From the IMG/VR virus record IMGVR_UViG_3300032295_003840, positions 1-64,000 of that record: 64,000 bases of DNA; one strand, given 5' to 3'. The first letter of the stretch is position 1. Every line of letters begins with the position of its first letter. The notes under the pieces are model-generated. The model ran no database searches, was not told the origin of the DNA, and was given only the letters and a program-made list of their open reading frames with translations. Shown piece after piece: positions 52,848-62,863 of this stretch. A program made the position numbers and the translations under genes. This stretch comes from a virus. Lineage: Duplodnaviria > Caudoviricetes.

Positions 52848-54043
52848 TAGAAAGGTACCTCTTCAGTTGTGGCTTCAGTCACGATAGGTGCTGGAGCTGG
52901 GTCAGGATTCACAGCTGGTGCATCTACCTTGCTGTACAGGTCCTTGAACGCAGACTTGGTCTCGGCATCGAAGCGATTGGTGCAGAGCTCAATGGCCTTG
53001 GTGCGATCACGGAACATATGGAATGCCTTGACGATGTGCAGCAAGCGTCGAGTGCTGATCAGTTCGTCGATGCCGCCTTCCTGGAATGTCTTACGAATAA
53101 TTTCAGCCCAGGTAACCAGCTTGTCGCCAAACTCTTCGTCCAGGCAACCCAGCTCCTTCATCTTGCCGATGATGATCTTCTTCTCAATCTTGCTATCGGG
53201 AAATTCCTGCTCCACGGTAATGGCAAAGCGTTCCAGGAATGCTTCGTCAATCATCTGTGCACCAGTAAAACGACCGTCTTCGGTACCACGGCCCTTGGTA
53301 TTGGCAGTGGCAATGATGTTGAAGCCAGCAGCAGGATGCACAACCTCGCCTGTCTTCTTGTTCAGGTAGGGCTTGCCTTCCATGATGGCCTGCAGGCACA
53401 TCAGCTTATTGCTACCGCGGTCACATTCGTCGATGAGCAGCAAGGCACCGCGCTTCATGGCCAGCAATACTGGACCTTCACGGTATACAATATTACCATC
53501 CACCAGGGTATTGCCGCCGATGAGATCGTCTTCGTCGGTCTCGATGCTGATGTTTACACGGATACATTCACGACCCAGATCCGCACACACCTGCTCCACC
53601 ATGGTGGTCTTGCCATTGCCTGACAAACCAGTAATGAACACAGGATAGAAGATCTTGCTGCTAATAACCTTCTTCAGGTCCTTGAAGAAGCCAAAAGGAA
53701 CATACAACTCATCGCGGCGTGGCACCAGATTGTCCACCGTAGTCTCCAATTTCTTCTGACGCAGACTTGCCATGGGTACAACCTGTGCTGCCAGAGCCGC
53801 GGCCATTTCAGGTTCTTGCACACTCTGGGCAGGAGCGAACTTCTGGAAGACGCGCATGTCATAGACACCGCGACCAGACTTGGCGTCGGGATTGTCAATA
53901 ATAAACCGAGGATAAGGCAGGCCTTTGCTGCTGGCGGTCTGCTCTACCTGGCGACGGAGTACCAATACGCCATACTCACCGATGAGATCGGCAACGAATT
54001 GGTCTTGCTGTGCTTGTGTCCATTTGCTCATCATTTTCTCCAT
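52847..54043 (-). CDS. MoxR/CobS-like AAA+ ATPase
   Basis: GLSGNGKT, LLIDE, TANTKG, AFLERF, ISTRRL; promoter TTGACA-17-TATAAT at 54072-54100. Confidence 0.92.
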   Translation of the reverse strand: MEKMMSKWTQAQQDQFVADLIGEYGVLVLRRQVEQTASSKGLPYPRFIIDNPDAKSGRGVYDMRVFQKFAPAQSVQEPEMAAALAAQVVPMASLRQKKLETTVDNLVPRRDELYVPFGFFKDLKKVISSKIFYPVFITGLSGNGKTTMVEQVCADLGRECIRVNISIETDEDDLIGGNTLVDGNIVYREGPVLLAMKRGALLLIDECDRGSNKLMCLQAIMEGKPYLNKKTGEVVHPAAGFNIIATANTKGRGTEDGRFTGAQMIDEAFLERFAITVEQEFPDSKIEKKIIIGKMKELGCLDEEFGDKLVTWAEIIRKTFQEGGIDELISTRRLLHIVKAFHMFRDRTKAIELCTNRFDAETKSAFKDLYSKVDAPAVNPDPAPAPIVTEATTEEVPF

Positions 54044-54096
54044 AATATAAAACTACCATCAATGTACTGCTATTATAGCAAAATTGCGTCACGTTG

Positions 54097-56304
54097 TCAA
54101 GCAATCATTTGGATAAAACGGTTCAGAAGGATTCGGCTGGTTGTCTTGTTGTTCTGCATCTCGGCAAACGCCTTGTAGATCTTCTTCTTGTCAGCACCGC
54201 TTTCTACATCCATTTCATCGTCATCGATGTCCAGATCCTGACCACCTGGAATCAAATAGTATTCATTGAAGCCCAGATCCTCGATGACATAGATTCGTTC
54301 TTTCTTGAACTTACGATGTGCTGCTTCTACCTGACTGAACTGTTCAGGAGTCAGCACACGATCGCCTTTGAACATTTTATAAGACATGGCACGTCGTCCC
54401 TGATGTTCCAGGATGTCAAAGCATACAACATTGGCACCAGTTACTTCACGCACCAGACGAATCAAACTGCAGGTTGTGCGTCGATCTATGTCAGCCACCT
54501 TGACACTGACTCGGGTATCTTTATGAGTCAGGATGACGTTGGTATTTTCTGGCGACTTGACATCCGTGGGGCGTACAACGTCTTCACCTGAATAATTTCT
54601 ATAGGTTGTCATGTAGCGCAGTGCTGAGTCTGAATCACCGTCGGTAAGGAAGGCCATGTTTACTACCTCGGCCTTGGTGCGCTCCTTGAACTTTTTAAAG
54701 ATATCCAGGCTCAGCAGCACACTCTGGTTCAGCGGAGTACCGTTCAAGTCTTCGCTTTCTGGAACCTGCATATTGATAAGATCCATCTCTTCGAGTCGTT
54801 CATAACGATTCCAGCGGCGAGCACGACGATGCCAGATGCGGGCCAGCAGCAGGAGATTACCTACCTGGCGTTTATATTCTGCTGGACGCATGGTGTCGAT
54901 AAAATACTGACGCAGACGGAATGCATTGTCGTCGACGTGAGCCTCACCTACAACCTTGGGCTGACGTTGTTCCAGATTTTTAAAGAAAGGATCTTCATAG
55001 TAGTTGCTGGGGTGTGCATTGGTAAAGCCATAGACCTCGAAAGGAATATTGACCTTGCGACAAAACTCCACCAACACCAGCATCTGTTCCAGTGTGGCAC
55101 CCATCTGCTGGCCCATGCTGCCGCTCATGTCAAAGAACATGATCAGTCCATGATTCTTGCCCATGGGCACTGTGGTGATGCGTCGGAACAGATCTTCGTT
55201 ATAACGATAGCTAAAGATCTTCTTGACATCCAGCTCACCACTGCGGCTAGTCTTGGCACGGGCCAACTGTTCGGCATTGCGACGCAGTTCAAATTCCTTG
55301 ACCAGGTAGGCTATGACCTTGTCATTCTTTTTCTTGAATGCTGCCACAGCCTCGGGCATGAGCTCTTCCTGCTCGGGCAAGAACTGCATGCCTTCCATGA
55401 CCTTCTTATACTTCTCGATAAAGGGTTCGGCCTTGATGGTGGGTATGGTTACATACTCGTAGGGGCGGCTAGCAGCATCCAGCAGTTCATCTTCGTGATT
55501 ACGAAAGGCACGATCGGTTTCGGAGCTGGGCTGATCCATGACATTCATTTTGCGTTCTTGGTCAGTCAGACCATCTTCAAACTCTTCCATGGCGTCTGTG
55601 AAGTCATATTCGATTTCATCGAACTCATCCAGATCCAGCTCTTCGGATTCGACATCGTCGCCCATCTCACCAGGGCCAACCTTGATGCGCAGTTTCTTTT
55701 TAATGGCACCCTTCTTTTCTTCTAATTCCTTCTTGCAATAGGCCATGAGGTCACGAGCCAGCTGTTCAACCTCTTCCCAGGTCTCCAACTGTTCGGTGCG
55801 GCGCACAAAGACCTTTTCTTCTTCTGTGAACTGCACTGCCAGGAAGGAGCCTAGCTTGAAGTGCAGGTTGATGCGGTCGATGAGCAGCATGTCGCCAATG
55901 TTCTTGTCGGCTACTTCAAAGAAGTCTTTTTCGTGCAGGCCCTGATAGGCGCGATAGAAGTTGGCGCGCAGACCTGGATACTTGGACTTGATCTTTTTCT
56001 CGATGCGGGCATCCTCCAGTACATTGAGGAAGCCTTTCATGGCCATGTCGGCGTTCTTGATGTCTCCGTCTTCGCCACAGATGGCGTCGTGCCAACCCTT
56101 GGCTGGAGTATACAGTGCATGACCAACTTCATGACCACAGAGCAGGTCATATAAGTCGCCATCCATGTCTTGCCAGATAGGCAGGGTCAGTGTACGGCTC
56201 TTGGTATCGAAGCTGGCAGTCGGCACCTTGGCATGATATACATGGATGTTCTCCTGCGCCAGCAACTTGGCAAATATCGATTTACTTGTCTTGATATCCA
56301 TCAT
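54097..56304 (-). CDS. CobT-like metallopeptidase/vWA protein
   Basis: HEVGH, NVLEDARIE, DMSGSM, GTPLN, LTDGD; promoter TTGACA-17-TATAAT at 56327-56355. Confidence 0.88.
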   Translation of the reverse strand: MMDIKTSKSIFAKLLAQENIHVYHAKVPTASFDTKSRTLTLPIWQDMDGDLYDLLCGHEVGHALYTPAKGWHDAICGEDGDIKNADMAMKGFLNVLEDARIEKKIKSKYPGLRANFYRAYQGLHEKDFFEVADKNIGDMLLIDRINLHFKLGSFLAVQFTEEEKVFVRRTEQLETWEEVEQLARDLMAYCKKELEEKKGAIKKKLRIKVGPGEMGDDVESEELDLDEFDEIEYDFTDAMEEFEDGLTDQERKMNVMDQPSSETDRAFRNHEDELLDAASRPYEYVTIPTIKAEPFIEKYKKVMEGMQFLPEQEELMPEAVAAFKKKNDKVIAYLVKEFELRRNAEQLARAKTSRSGELDVKKIFSYRYNEDLFRRITTVPMGKNHGLIMFFDMSGSMGQQMGATLEQMLVLVEFCRKVNIPFEVYGFTNAHPSNYYEDPFFKNLEQRQPKVVGEAHVDDNAFRLRQYFIDTMRPAEYKRQVGNLLLLARIWHRRARRWNRYERLEEMDLINMQVPESEDLNGTPLNQSVLLSLDIFKKFKERTKAEVVNMAFLTDGDSDSALRYMTTYRNYSGEDVVRPTDVKSPENTNVILTHKDTRVSVKVADIDRRTTCSLIRLVREVTGANVVCFDILEHQGRRAMSYKMFKGDRVLTPEQFSQVEAAHRKFKKERIYVIEDLGFNEYYLIPGGQDLDIDDDEMDVESGADKKKIYKAFAEMQNNKTTSRILLNRFIQMIA

Positions 56305-56365
56305 CACCTCTTCATTATGTATATGGATTATAGCAAAAAACGCACACTCTGTCAAGACCTAGTTA

Positions 56366-57229
56366 TCATTTCATGCAGGTTGCACGAGCCATCTTCATCC
56401 AATCGCCACCCATGCGCATCAAACCAGCCAGCTTGATTACCATGCGCAGGCTCAGTTCACGCAGACGGTCCTGGTTGTCGGTAATGAATGTCATCAGCTC
56501 TTGTTCTTCGCCTTGACTAAAGCCCTGCTCTGCCAACATGCCCTGACCAACCACTTGCTTGAGGCGCACGACATAATCGCGCTTGGTGTGAATGCCAACA
56601 TCCAGATAGTGGCTACGACTAATCAGAGCCTGGAAGTGAGGAGCCAGCTTGTTGCCCTTGTCAATCAGGTTATCAAAATCATAGTTGGTAATGAAGATGA
56701 TGGAGCCTTCAAACTCAAAGGTACGGGGCAGGCGCTCGCCGTCTTCGTCTTCCATCTTGGTCTCTGTCAACCAGCTCAGGCGACGGCTACGAGTCATATC
56801 ACAAGCTGCCTTGAGCAGGTTAAGACACACGTCATCGAGGAACACTGAGTCGGAGTCGTCAAAAACCACTACACAGTCTCGGTGACGGTTCTCATACAGC
56901 ATCTTGTACAAGCCTGTGGGGCGAACATAGCCCTTGACGAAAGTGCAAAGCTTCTCGCCTTCCATCTGATCCATGATCTGGGTTACTGTGTGGCTCTTGC
57001 CAACACCTGCAGGACCTGAGATGATCAGGCTCTTGTTGATACCTTTAAAGGTAGCCAGTGCCATGGTGTTCATAGCATCGAACCGATCATTAAGACGTTC
57101 TGCAATCTCAGCATCGGTCTCGCTTTGGATAACCACTTTAGGTTGTGCTACAGCGCCAACCTGCATTGCAGTTTCCAGACGCTTGCGGGTCATACGAACA
57201 CCCGACTTAGGAACACCTCTAGGCATCAT
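56366..57229 (-). CDS. P-loop ATPase (AAA-like)
   Basis: GPAGVGKS, VFDDSD, IFITN, ALISR. Confidence 0.8.
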   Translation of the reverse strand: MMPRGVPKSGVRMTRKRLETAMQVGAVAQPKVVIQSETDAEIAERLNDRFDAMNTMALATFKGINKSLIISGPAGVGKSHTVTQIMDQMEGEKLCTFVKGYVRPTGLYKMLYENRHRDCVVVFDDSDSVFLDDVCLNLLKAACDMTRSRRLSWLTETKMEDEDGERLPRTFEFEGSIIFITNYDFDNLIDKGNKLAPHFQALISRSHYLDVGIHTKRDYVVRLKQVVGQGMLAEQGFSQGEEQELMTFITDNQDRLRELSLRMVIKLAGLMRMGGDWMKMARATCMK

Positions 57230-57321
57230 TCACTCCTTATCATCATCAACATATCACCATTATGGCAGAACGATGCTAAGAGTCAAGAAGAAGTAGAAAG
57301 ACCAAGTAAAATGGTCGGGTT

Positions 57322-57385
57322 CTAACCCATTGATTTCATTGATGTTTTTCGGGGCTGAAAAAGTGCTTGTAAATCAATGGGTTAG
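57322..57385. repeat. Inverted repeat of IHF-consensus sites; includes copy 2 of 35-bp repeat
   Basis: CTAACCCATTGATTT...AAATCAATGGGTTAG. Confidence 0.75.
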
Positions 57386-57409
57386 CAACGTGGGAATCTT
57401 ATAATTTTA

Positions 57410-57916
57410 TTAAGATTTGCGGGTGCGCGACCACCAGTCTTCCCAGGGGAAGACGACCCACTCAGAGTCTTGATCTTCGCTGATGTGATTGCCCACGAAG
57501 TCAAATTCCTCTTGGCTGCTATACTTTTCTAGTAAGACAGCATAGCGGATCTCACCCAGGTGGATGTCGTCAGCCTCCATGGTGGCAATGATGCTCTTGA
57601 GCTCGGCCAGAGTTCGGCCTGTGTCATTGATGTCATCCACAAACAGTATGGCACCTTCCATGCTGGCTCTGCTCAGACTGTTCATGATCATGGTCTTGGA
57701 GCGAGGATAAGAGTGTGCGTGGTCCCGAGTACTGAGCTCTATGGGAAACAGCGGAACGTCATAGTAATGACTAAGCATGGTGCCTATGCCCAGGCCACCA
57801 CGACTTGGTGCAACTATGGCCGCAGGTTTAAAATCGTGACTGGTTGCTTCACGAATGACATTGGACAACAGAGATCTAACTTCACTATCACTTACATACC
57901 TACGTTTAATCATCAC
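57410..57916 (-). CDS. Type I phosphoribosyltransferase
   Basis: SRGGL, LFVDDINDTGRT, WVVFPWE. Confidence 0.9.
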   Translation of the reverse strand: MMIKRRYVSDSEVRSLLSNVIREATSHDFKPAAIVAPSRGGLGIGTMLSHYYDVPLFPIELSTRDHAHSYPRSKTMIMNSLSRASMEGAILFVDDINDTGRTLAELKSIIATMEADDIHLGEIRYAVLLEKYSSQEEFDFVGNHISEDQDSEWVVFPWEDWWSRTRKS

Positions 57917-58548
57917 AACTCCATCAAGTTATCAACAAATTCCAATAGTAAACGGTTATCTAATCCGCCATGCCAATGTGGCTTTAAATACTTGGGTCGA
58001 TCATACCAGTAGGGCTGGCTTTCAGGATGACATCCAATCAAGCCTATTTTGTTCTGAATAATGGCCATGGGGTAGCCTGTGGCATAGGTGGCATAGACAT
58101 CTTGTTCCCCACCAATAAAAGTACAGCCATCATAAAAATACATACGAGTCAGATTGCCTTGCCAATTTACTGGCATGGCCTTGGGGTGAGGACGACGAGT
58201 GTCTGTACCTGGTTGAGTAATATATTGTTCTACTCTGGTTTCTTTCAGTATGTCAAAATAGTATTGGTCTGCCCAATAGGCTCCCATGCAGATGCCAATA
58301 TAACGACCACCCCTTTGAATGTATTCTTGTATACGCGGCTTGTGAATCTGTGCCACTTTTTCAAATTTATCTGAGTCTCCAATACCACCAGGAAATAAAA
58401 CTGCGTCGACATCGTCGAAGAAGTCATCTTCCATTGCATTTTTGCCAAACAACTTGAAACGATATTTACCTTCTAATGAAGCAATGACACCATTGCTGCA
58501 CTGAGCATCACAGGTAGGCTCGTGCATGTATAGGGCTATGCGTTTCAT
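57913..58548 (-). CDS. Class I glutamine amidotransferase-like protein (BPL_N family)
   Basis: FPGG, GGRYIGICMGAY, HPE. Confidence 0.8.
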   Translation of the reverse strand: MKRIALYMHEPTCDAQCSNGVIASLEGKYRFKLFGKNAMEDDFFDDVDAVLFPGGIGDSDKFEKVAQIHKPRIQEYIQRGGRYIGICMGAYWADQYYFDILKETRVEQYITQPGTDTRRPHPKAMPVNWQGNLTRMYFYDGCTFIGGEQDVYATYATGYPMAIIQNKIGLIGCHPESQPYWYDRPKYLKPHWHGGLDNRLLLEFVDNLMEL

Positions 58549-58781
58549 GATCTGGTTATAACCAATATTCGGTCAATCTGTCGCTGTATTACTGCTTCGC
58601 GATTAGGCCAATGGATATAGGCCTTGTCTGGATTCTTCTGCAGGTTGCGTAACAAGGGCATGATCAAGGACTCAACCTGTTGTAGTTTAGTCTTGGTTTC
58701 ATCTACCTCGGCCTGTACTGCAGTAGGATCGAAATCTACAGCGGTAAAACCAAAATCATCGCCTAGATCTTCGTCTATCAT
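58545..58781 (-). CDS. Conserved T4-like hypothetical protein
   Basis: DFGFTAVD..PLLRNLQKNPDKAYIHWPNR. Confidence 0.75.
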   Translation of the reverse strand: MIDEDLGDDFGFTAVDFDPTAVQAEVDETKTKLQQVESLIMPLLRNLQKNPDKAYIHWPNREAVIQRQIDRILVITRS

Positions 58782-60496
58782 TTTTGTGCTATCCTCGAGA
58801 AATTTTGATATTTTTCAAATTTAATTACTGAACGGAACTTGTCAAACAACTGATCGCCTTTGTGGCTAATGACAAACACATTGGTATCTTCGCCCAGAGT
58901 GTTCAGTACATTCATCAGATAGTCTGTGCCGTTGATGTCCAGACTTGAGTCAAATACTTCATCTAATAGCAGCAGATTGGTGGCTGCTGAGTTCTTCATC
59001 TTGGCTATGGTGCGCCAGGTAAACAGCAGAGCCAGGTCAATACGCTGCTTTTCGCCTTCACTGAAGCTGGCATAGCTAAAGTCATCGCGATGTCTGCTCT
59101 TGATGGTTTCATTGAAGGCTTCGTCTAATTCAAAGCTCACAAAGAAGTCCATGGCATTCAGGTATTTATTCACCAGTTTGTTGATGGCTGGCAAATACTG
59201 ACGTATGACCTTGGTCTTGATGCCAGTGTCTTTGAGCAGATTGCTGGCTATATCCTGATAATACTTCTCTTCACTCAGGCTAGTCTTTTCCTGTGTCAGG
59301 GCTACAACCTCTCGAGCCAGCCCACGAAGCTTGCTCTTCTCTTCATCCAGATTGTCTGTGGTGCCTGTGTGTGTATTGAGTTCAGCCTGCAGTTTCTGAA
59401 TATACTTCTGGTTGGCAATGATGGCATTGTTGTAGGTAATGATTTCCTGATTGTGTTCGGATATCTGTGTGGAGGTGTCGTGTATGATGTCCAGACGTTG
59501 CTGTACAATGTCAATGTTGTTGCTCAGAGCAGTCAGTGCCTGCTGTATTTCTTCCATCTTGGAATTCTGTGCTGCTATGGCCTCGGTCTTCAACTCATGT
59601 GGCAAACCCTGCTGACAAGTAGGACAGTTGTCATTGTCATGATAGAAGGCAATCTCTGTCTGTGCCTTGGCTATCTTTTCAGTCATCTTGCGCTGCAGGT
59701 CTGCCAGTGTGCGCGCCTTGGCAATCTGACTATCCTCATCATTGATCTGAGACCGCAGTGCATGTACCTGTGCCTCTAACTTGATGACTGCTGAGTTGGA
59801 AAAATCAATCTCTGTGGCAGCCTGGTCAATGTTGTTCTGAATTTCCTGGCTGCGGTTCTGATGATCTACTTCCAGAGTCTTGATATATTCGTTCTGTATT
59901 CTGACTCGTTCTTTCTGCACGTCGATGTCAGACTCTAGCTGCCTAAGTGAATCTCTGAGCTGGTTTTGACGATCCTTGAGCAGCTGGTTCATGGCAGTAA
60001 AGATGCGTATGTCCAGCAGGTCCTCGATGATCTCTCGACGATGTGATGGTGGTAACTGCATGAACGGAGTAAAGCTAGCACTGCCCAAGATAACAATCTG
60101 AGTAAAGCTCTTGTAGTTCAGCTTCAGTATATGCTCTTCCAGATAGCGTTGATAGTCTCGGCTATCGGCCTCCTGATTAAGGAAGTTACCGTCGACATAG
60201 ATCTCAAATCTGGATGGCTTGTGTCCACGCACAATGCGATAGTCGCGACGGCCTATGCTGAACTCTACCTCGACCAGAAGATTTTTCTGATTGATGCTGT
60301 TCAATAGCTGTGGCTTGCTGATGTTGCGAAAGGCCTTGTTGAAGAGCGCAAAGCAGATGGCATCCAAGATGGTGCTCTTGCCTGCGCCATTCTCACCAAC
60401 AATCAGAGTAGTGTTGGTACGATCCAGCTGTACCTCTGTGATGGCATTGCCAGTGCTTAAAAAATTACGCCAGCTTATCTTCTTGAATTTTATCAT
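58778..60496 (-). CDS. Recombination ATPase, SbcC/Rad50-like (T4 gp46)
   Basis: GENGAGKST, CPTC hook, FSEGEKQR, LDEVFD. Confidence 0.97.
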   Translation of the reverse strand: MIKFKKISWRNFLSTGNAITEVQLDRTNTTLIVGENGAGKSTILDAICFALFNKAFRNISKPQLLNSINQKNLLVEVEFSIGRRDYRIVRGHKPSRFEIYVDGNFLNQEADSRDYQRYLEEHILKLNYKSFTQIVILGSASFTPFMQLPPSHRREIIEDLLDIRIFTAMNQLLKDRQNQLRDSLRQLESDIDVQKERVRIQNEYIKTLEVDHQNRSQEIQNNIDQAATEIDFSNSAVIKLEAQVHALRSQINDEDSQIAKARTLADLQRKMTEKIAKAQTEIAFYHDNDNCPTCQQGLPHELKTEAIAAQNSKMEEIQQALTALSNNIDIVQQRLDIIHDTSTQISEHNQEIITYNNAIIANQKYIQKLQAELNTHTGTTDNLDEEKSKLRGLAREVVALTQEKTSLSEEKYYQDIASNLLKDTGIKTKVIRQYLPAINKLVNKYLNAMDFFVSFELDEAFNETIKSRHRDDFSYASFSEGEKQRIDLALLFTWRTIAKMKNSAATNLLLLDEVFDSSLDINGTDYLMNVLNTLGEDTNVFVISHKGDQLFDKFRSVIKFEKYQNFSRIAQK

Positions 60497-60624
60497 CAAA
60501 TCCGACCGTCTAAATCTAATTGTTTATGACAACGTTGACAAGCCCAGAATCTGGGAGATCCGACTTTATCGGGACGATATGGTCGATGTCCAAAAATTGC
60601 ACAGAGCAGACGTCTAAGGTACAT
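60496..60624 (-). CDS. Small Cys/His protein (DUF1660-like)
   Basis: Not in ORF track: MYLRRLLCAIFGHRPYRPDKVGSPRFWACQRCHKQLDLDGRI; coupled by TAATG and TGATG overlaps. Confidence 0.6.
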   Translation of the reverse strand: MYLRRLLCAIFGHRPYRPDKVGSPRFWACQRCHKQLDLDGRI

Positions 60625-61679
60625 TACTCCTCCGAATTTTGTGCTTCTACATAGAGCTCACGCATCAGGTTCTTGATTCGAGTTTTATCGGCATCGGTTT
60701 CTGTGCTGTCAACAAAGCTGTTGAGCAGGCTCATGGTATCTTCAATGTTGAGATTTTCATCGTCCAGAGCATCGCTTTCAAACTCTGAAAAGTCTTCAAT
60801 GATTTTTAATTCTAGCAGATTTTGTTTATAAAGTCTATCTACCAGCTGGTCAAACTTATAAAAGTCTGTCTTGTTGGCAACAATGAGCTTGACATTCTTT
60901 TCTGCATACTGTGCTGCATCTATGGTGTCAGGATCGGTTTCTGCATCATCATAGACCAGACGCATAAACATACGATATGGATTTTCTACGAACTGTAGGT
61001 CCAGTGTTTTAGTATCAAAGATATGAAAGCCTCGGGGATCGTCAAAGTCACTCCAGGTTAGCTCATAGGGATTGCCCAGATACTGTATGTTGCCTTTGCG
61101 ACTACGATGATGGAAATGACCACTGCACACCAGATCAAACTTGTCAAAGATCTTTGGATCCATGCCACCTTCGCTCTGCTGTCCTTTGTGCATGACAAAG
61201 CCAGCCAACTCTAGATGCCCAAACAGTACAGGTGCTGTGCTGTTCTTGATGGCATCCATGCACTCAGCATAGTTGTCAGCACAGATCCAGGGCATCATTA
61301 GGATGCTGGTATGATCTAATTGCAGAGTGTCTGGGCTGGCATAGGTAACAATGTTGGTATAGTCATTGAGCAACAGATCAGGACTATTTACATCGTTGGT
61401 ATTTTTAAAATAGGTGTCATGATTACCGGCCATCATGTGAACATTGATGCCGTTGTCTGCCATCCTATTGAAGAAATAGTCTCGGCAGTTTTTTAGAATA
61501 TTGAAATTAATATACTTACGACGGTCAAAACAATCGCCAAGGTGAATGACAGTAGTAATATGTTGCTGTGTAAGTGTTGGAAAAAAGACTTCATCGTAAA
61601 ATTTCCTAAAAAAGTTATCAAAGGGTAGACTATCTGACCTGGCCCCAAAGTGCGTGTCGGTTATCAATGCAATTTTCAT
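60624..61679 (-). CDS. Recombination nuclease, SbcD/Mre11-like (T4 gp47)
   Basis: TDTHFG, LGDCFDRR, GNHD, GHLE, SGHFH. Confidence 0.97.
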   Translation of the reverse strand: MKIALITDTHFGARSDSLPFDNFFRKFYDEVFFPTLTQQHITTVIHLGDCFDRRKYINFNILKNCRDYFFNRMADNGINVHMMAGNHDTYFKNTNDVNSPDLLLNDYTNIVTYASPDTLQLDHTSILMMPWICADNYAECMDAIKNSTAPVLFGHLELAGFVMHKGQQSEGGMDPKIFDKFDLVCSGHFHHRSRKGNIQYLGNPYELTWSDFDDPRGFHIFDTKTLDLQFVENPYRMFMRLVYDDAETDPDTIDAAQYAEKNVKLIVANKTDFYKFDQLVDRLYKQNLLELKIIEDFSEFESDALDDENLNIEDTMSLLNSFVDSTETDADKTRIKNLMRELYVEAQNSEE

Positions 61680-61858
61680 AGTTCATTTCTAAGTTGCTCA
61701 ATTCTATCTTTGATCATCAATTTTTCTTTTTTCATCTTGCCCATGTCGGTATCATTGAGATAGCTGCTGTATCCCCAGGCTATGCTGTATTCCAATTCCT
61801 TGTGACGCTCTTCTAAATGCTTGATAGTCTCTCGCAGACTATGTTCGACCTCTTCCAT
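61676..61858 (-). CDS. DUF465/YdcH-like coiled-coil protein
   Basis: LEERHKELE..KMKKEKLMIKDRI. Confidence 0.7.
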   Translation of the reverse strand: MEEVEHSLRETIKHLEERHKELEYSIAWGYSSYLNDTDMGKMKKEKLMIKDRIEQLRNEL

Positions 61859-61860
61859 GT

Positions 61861-62379
61861 TTACCCCTCATAGGTAGCACTGTTGGCGTTGTGTTCAAAT
61901 ACTTCTACACTGCGTAGTCTTACTCCCTGCCCTACTGGATATCTGGCTTTGAAGACATTGCCGTTGGGGCAGTAATATTCATTGCCATTTTTAAAGATGT
62001 GCAGTATAGTAGCCATTTCTTTATAGGCAAGCTCGGCAAACTTTTCACAACCTACACCTTCGACAATGCGAAGGTCGCAGACGCCGCCCTGATCCTGCAG
62101 ACCCAGACTGGACATCTTCTCAAACATTTCCAGATGTGGATCGTCTTGGGCAATGACCAAGGTATGGTCAAACATATACTCTGACCATTCTTTGAATGCC
62201 TTGAGTCCACCAAAGTCCATGACCCAGTTACGGTCATCCAGAGTTTCGCTTTCAAAGACTAACTTAATGCCAATGCTGTAGCCATGCAGCAGACTGCAAT
62301 GACTGTGACTTGACCGCCACTGACGGAAACAGCAGCTCAGACCGCGGTCATTACCATAAACTTTTGTGCTTAGGTACAT
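61861..62379 (-). CDS. queD: 6-carboxy-tetrahydropterin synthase (QueD/PTPS)
   Basis: HCSLLHGY, WVMDFGGLK, FDHT, GCEKFAE, VFEHNANSA. Confidence 0.88.
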   Translation of the reverse strand: MYLSTKVYGNDRGLSCCFRQWRSSHSHCSLLHGYSIGIKLVFESETLDDRNWVMDFGGLKAFKEWSEYMFDHTLVIAQDDPHLEMFEKMSSLGLQDQGGVCDLRIVEGVGCEKFAELAYKEMATILHIFKNGNEYYCPNGNVFKARYPVGQGVRLRSVEVFEHNANSATYEG

Positions 62380-62391
62380 TTTATCTCCTTA

Positions 62392-62862
62392 CTACTTTAT
62401 ATTATTGTATATTGTCTGTGGTGCAGAGTCAATATTATCCAGACGATTTTTTTCTATGTTGTAGACTCGTTGCCGAAGTTCGGTGGTGGAAAAACTATGC
62501 TTGCGATCATTGAAGTAGAATTCAATACCACGGTTTAAACATTCAGTCTTGCCAGTAAAGTCACGTCCCTGATATTCCACACCCAGAATGCGAATGTCTA
62601 TGGGATAGCTTAGGAAGATGTCAATGAGTTCTTTTTCGGTGCTGTACACCACAATTTCATTGACATACTTGCAGGCATCAATCTGAACAAATCTTTCAAA
62701 TACACTTTGTATGGGTTTGTTCTTTTCTGTGGGGCGATCTATGGTAGGATCGGTCTGCAGACCCACAATTAAATAATCGCATTGGCGCCGTGCTTCTTTG
62801 AGCATGGTGACATGACCTGCATGAAACAGGTCAAAGGTTGAACAAGTAAAACCTACTTTCAT
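62392..62862 (-). CDS. Cytidylyltransferase (TagD-like)
   Basis: STFDLFHAGH, VGLQTDP, RKHSFSTTELR. Confidence 0.9.
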   Translation of the reverse strand: MKVGFTCSTFDLFHAGHVTMLKEARRQCDYLIVGLQTDPTIDRPTEKNKPIQSVFERFVQIDACKYVNEIVVYSTEKELIDIFLSYPIDIRILGVEYQGRDFTGKTECLNRGIEFYFNDRKHSFSTTELRQRVYNIEKNRLDNIDSAPQTIYNNIK

Positions 62863-62863
62863 G

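Noticed and set aside
60500-60623. HNH homing-endonuclease remnant between gp47 and gp46 (LDIDHIVP in one frame, CQRCH in another)
   Set aside because: An intact 42-aa ORF coupled to both neighbours (LLCAIFGH..CQRC) explains the region; the DHIVP frame has no start codon.
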